Shown here: in pieces, positions 61,982 through 64,000 of the stretch
Position numbering within the stretch: position 1 is the first letter of the stretch
Layout of the letters: each line of letters starts with the position of its first letter
Source of the DNA: Savitreella phatthalungensis
Taxonomy: Eukaryota
NCBI GenBank assembly: GCA_051599415.1
Contig: AP039703.1
Span: 248,001 to 312,000 of the forward strand
Direction of reading: 5' to 3'
DNA length: 64,000 nucleotides
The notes under the pieces: generated by a model
What the model saw: the letters and a program-made list of their open reading frames with translations, nothing else
The model's database searches: none
Told to the model about the DNA's origin: nothing
Position numbers and translations under genes: made by a program

Positions 61982-63151
61982 ATGGCATCCGCAGAGGAAT
62001 CACAACTCGCAGAGACGCGCAAGAGGAAGATCGATGCAGTGCTCGGCCTCTTGGACGGTCACACCGAATCGTCTTCGCCCAAGAGCGTGGTTGCGATAGC
62101 AGGATCGCCATTGAGCCTGGGACTGCCTACAACGCCGCGGCCAGAAGGTCGACAGACCACGCGCTATAATCCCTGGGATGCAGACGCCTGCAGCAAACGG
62201 CTGGCCAGCTTCCGACCCTGGGCACATCACGACCAGAGATCTCCGATCAACGCTTACTTGCTCGCTCGCCACGGCTGGCGCCTTGTCCCTGATGACATCC
62301 GGCGTGTCTCTGCAGCTCGCCTGTCTGTCACCGCTCCAGGTACTCCGCAACAACGACCTCAGACACCAACGCTGACCAGTCCTGCCACTCCAAACAATCC
62401 ACCTGGCACGCCAACGGCATTCAGTGCGGAATCACCTGGCAGCCGGGTGAAGGCGCGGTACTGCACGATCGAGTGTGTTGGATGTGGCGCGCGGGTGGTG
62501 TGTGACACGAATAGCCAGGTAGCCGGGGTGTCGAGGAAGCTGGCAGCCAAGTACGGCGAGCGGCTGATGGGAGATGACCCCGCCCACGGCCATCGGAAAG
62601 ACTGCCTGTGGAGGACGAAGCCGTGCGTCGGCAACATCTTGCACGTGCGTGGCGTCGATCAGAAACAGTCTGCGATCGCAGCCTTCACATCCCGGCAACA
62701 GGCATTGGAGCAGTGTCAGACACTGCCCACACTCTCGCCTCTCATCGATACTGATGAAGACGAAGCACTTACACAGGCCGAGAAGCTGGCAATGGTCGGT
62801 TGGACTATCTCTCGCCAGTCCGGCGTCGGTATGCTGTCTTGTGGGACATGTCATCGTCGAACTGTTGTCGAGCGACCTGGAGGCATCGCCGGGCTCGCGG
62901 CGCAGGACAAGGCTTTCGATGTGCTCAAAGAACACCACGACTATTGTTCGTGGGTTAGCTCGCAATCTCAAGGAGGCAAGTCGCCGGCTTGGCGGCTTGT
63001 ATATGATTTCTATCTGGCCGACCAGGCAGCGCGCAGCTCGGACACTGCCATCTCATTCGAGCGGCAAGCTTTCAACATTGCCAAGTCACTTGGATTCCGC
63101 GATACCCAGAAACCGAGGCCCAGAAGAATGATCCGCAAGCGGATCGTCTAG
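61982..63151 (+). CDS. zf-C3HC / Rsm1-like protein (Pml39/NIPA family)
   Basis: YNPWD..CSKRLASF, LARHGW, CVGCG...HRKDCLW, LAMVGW, CGTCHRR, FDVLKEHHDYCSW. Confidence 0.88.
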   Translation: MASAEESQLAETRKRKIDAVLGLLDGHTESSSPKSVVAIAGSPLSLGLPTTPRPEGRQTTRYNPWDADACSKRLASFRPWAHHDQRSPINAYLLARHGWRLVPDDIRRVSAARLSVTAPGTPQQRPQTPTLTSPATPNNPPGTPTAFSAESPGSRVKARYCTIECVGCGARVVCDTNSQVAGVSRKLAAKYGERLMGDDPAHGHRKDCLWRTKPCVGNILHVRGVDQKQSAIAAFTSRQQALEQCQTLPTLSPLIDTDEDEALTQAEKLAMVGWTISRQSGVGMLSCGTCHRRTVVERPGGIAGLAAQDKAFDVLKEHHDYCSWVSSQSQGGKSPAWRLVYDFYLADQAARSSDTAISFERQAFNIAKSLGFRDTQKPRPRRMIRKRIV

Positions 63152-64000
63152 GTCTGCAGGGCTCTCTGGACGCGATCGCGTGGCATGCGGTCAAAGCGAT
63201 CGACCTGCATAACGAAAGCGCCTCGACCTTTCGTCAGAGATCGCAGAGCACGAGAGTAACCAATCATCTCCTGTAATGGTACTCGTGCATGAATTGTCGT
63301 CGTCTGCTGAGCAGCGTCAGCGTTATGACCATTGGTGCCGTCACTCGTCAAGGACGATGTCGCCGCTTGATCGGGGTCTCTAGGGATGTAAACTGTAGCG
63401 AGATCGATGACGTCTTCAGATGAGCCTGTGTCGGGATCAGCGTCGTCAGCCAGCGACAAGATCTGCCCGCCGCGCTGACCAGTCAAGTCATTCATGACCA
63501 GTCCGAGATCGCGCTGACCACGAGCAGTGACATGGACGTTCATGATGGGCTCGAGCAGGACAACTTGCTGCTGTGACGCCATTTCCCCGACAATCTTACT
63601 CGTGAGTGCGCGGGCACCCGACGCAAGCAATCCGAGCGTTGTGCCGAGCTGATAAGTATCGGACAACACGCTCACCGACACAGCTGTGTTGTGCATCGGA
63701 TAGCCATAAGCTGGACCACGAGATAGAGCTGCGGCGACTGCAGATCGGATCGCCATTTCAGCCTCGGCCGCAGTGAAGTCCACGTTGTCTTCGATCTCCG
63801 GCAGATGCACCTTGATATGGTTACCGTCGACCTGCTCTGCCTCGGGCAAGGTCGTCATTGCGTCGATGTCAAGCTCTGACACCGATACATGGAGTTCGAC
63901 CGACTGTGATGCGCCTACGGCCGGCGATCTCTCGTGCAGCTCCTGCAGCGTGTGAGAGCCGGCCACAGTCTCTCGGTAACCAATACGCAGCTTGCCGACC
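63148..64000 (-). CDS. MEF2: Mitochondrial ribosome-releasing factor EF-G2mt (C-terminal part; gene continues beyond the window)
   Basis: RIGYRET, RGPAYGYPMH, LLEPIMNVHV, DLGLVMNDLTGQRGGQILSL, ARVPLQEMIGYSRALRSLTKGRGAFVM. These are EF-G domains IV-V with the insert typical of fungal EF-G2mt. Confidence 0.85.
   Translation of the reverse strand, partial: VGKLRIGYRETVAGSHTLQELHERSPAVGASQSVELHVSVSELDIDAMTTLPEAEQVDGNHIKVHLPEIEDNVDFTAAEAEMAIRSAVAAALSRGPAYGYPMHNTAVSVSVLSDTYQLGTTLGLLASGARALTSKIVGEMASQQQVVLLEPIMNVHVTARGQRDLGLVMNDLTGQRGGQILSLADDADPDTGSSEDVIDLATVYIPRDPDQAATSSLTSDGTNGHNADAAQQTTTIHARVPLQEMIGYSRALRSLTKGRGAFVMQVDRFDRMPRDRVQRALQT

Overview
Gene-dense eukaryotic (fungal) chromosome segment with about 30 protein-coding genes. 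Introns are few and short (49-97 nt; GTAAGT/GTACGA/GTTCGT donors, CTRAY branch close to the AG), intergenic gaps are small and most proteins look like fission-yeast/Taphrinomycotina orthologues, so an early-diverging ascomycete is my inference. Recognisable housekeeping genes: QCR8, MBF1, TAF7, DUG1, RPB2, dynein light chain, a WDR89-like WD40 protein, an FLC/Pkd2 TRP-like channel, COX17, C1-THF synthase, MAD2, GPI8, NTH1, MOB2, RTF1, an FHL1-like FHA-forkhead factor, a STUbL RING protein, an Rsm1/NIPA-like protein and EF-G2mt (partial). Three spliced genes are broken up in the ORF track and were reassembled by hand: QCR8, COX17 and an Nse5-like gene. The most unusual part is an accessory-looking block between QCR8 and MBF1 (790-6333). 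It holds (i) a hidden 6-exon gene, all introns phase 0, for a secreted, probably Kex2-processed Gly/Leu/Phe-rich protein with two copies of a QSCxxCxGAxCxNC motif; (ii) two tandem paralogues sharing an unnamed Myb-like double N-terminal domain, one fused to two duplicated Zn2Cys6-type modules; and (iii) an ANKRD39-like gene. Other oddities: a GPI8 with no transmembrane anchor that ends in RDEL, a forkhead domain lacking its DNA-reading Asn/His residues, a DLE-for-DFG kinase, and a dual-start (mitochondrial/cytosolic) C1-THF synthase. I found no tRNA, rRNA, CRISPR array or recognisable transposon. All family assignments come from motif recognition, not database searches.
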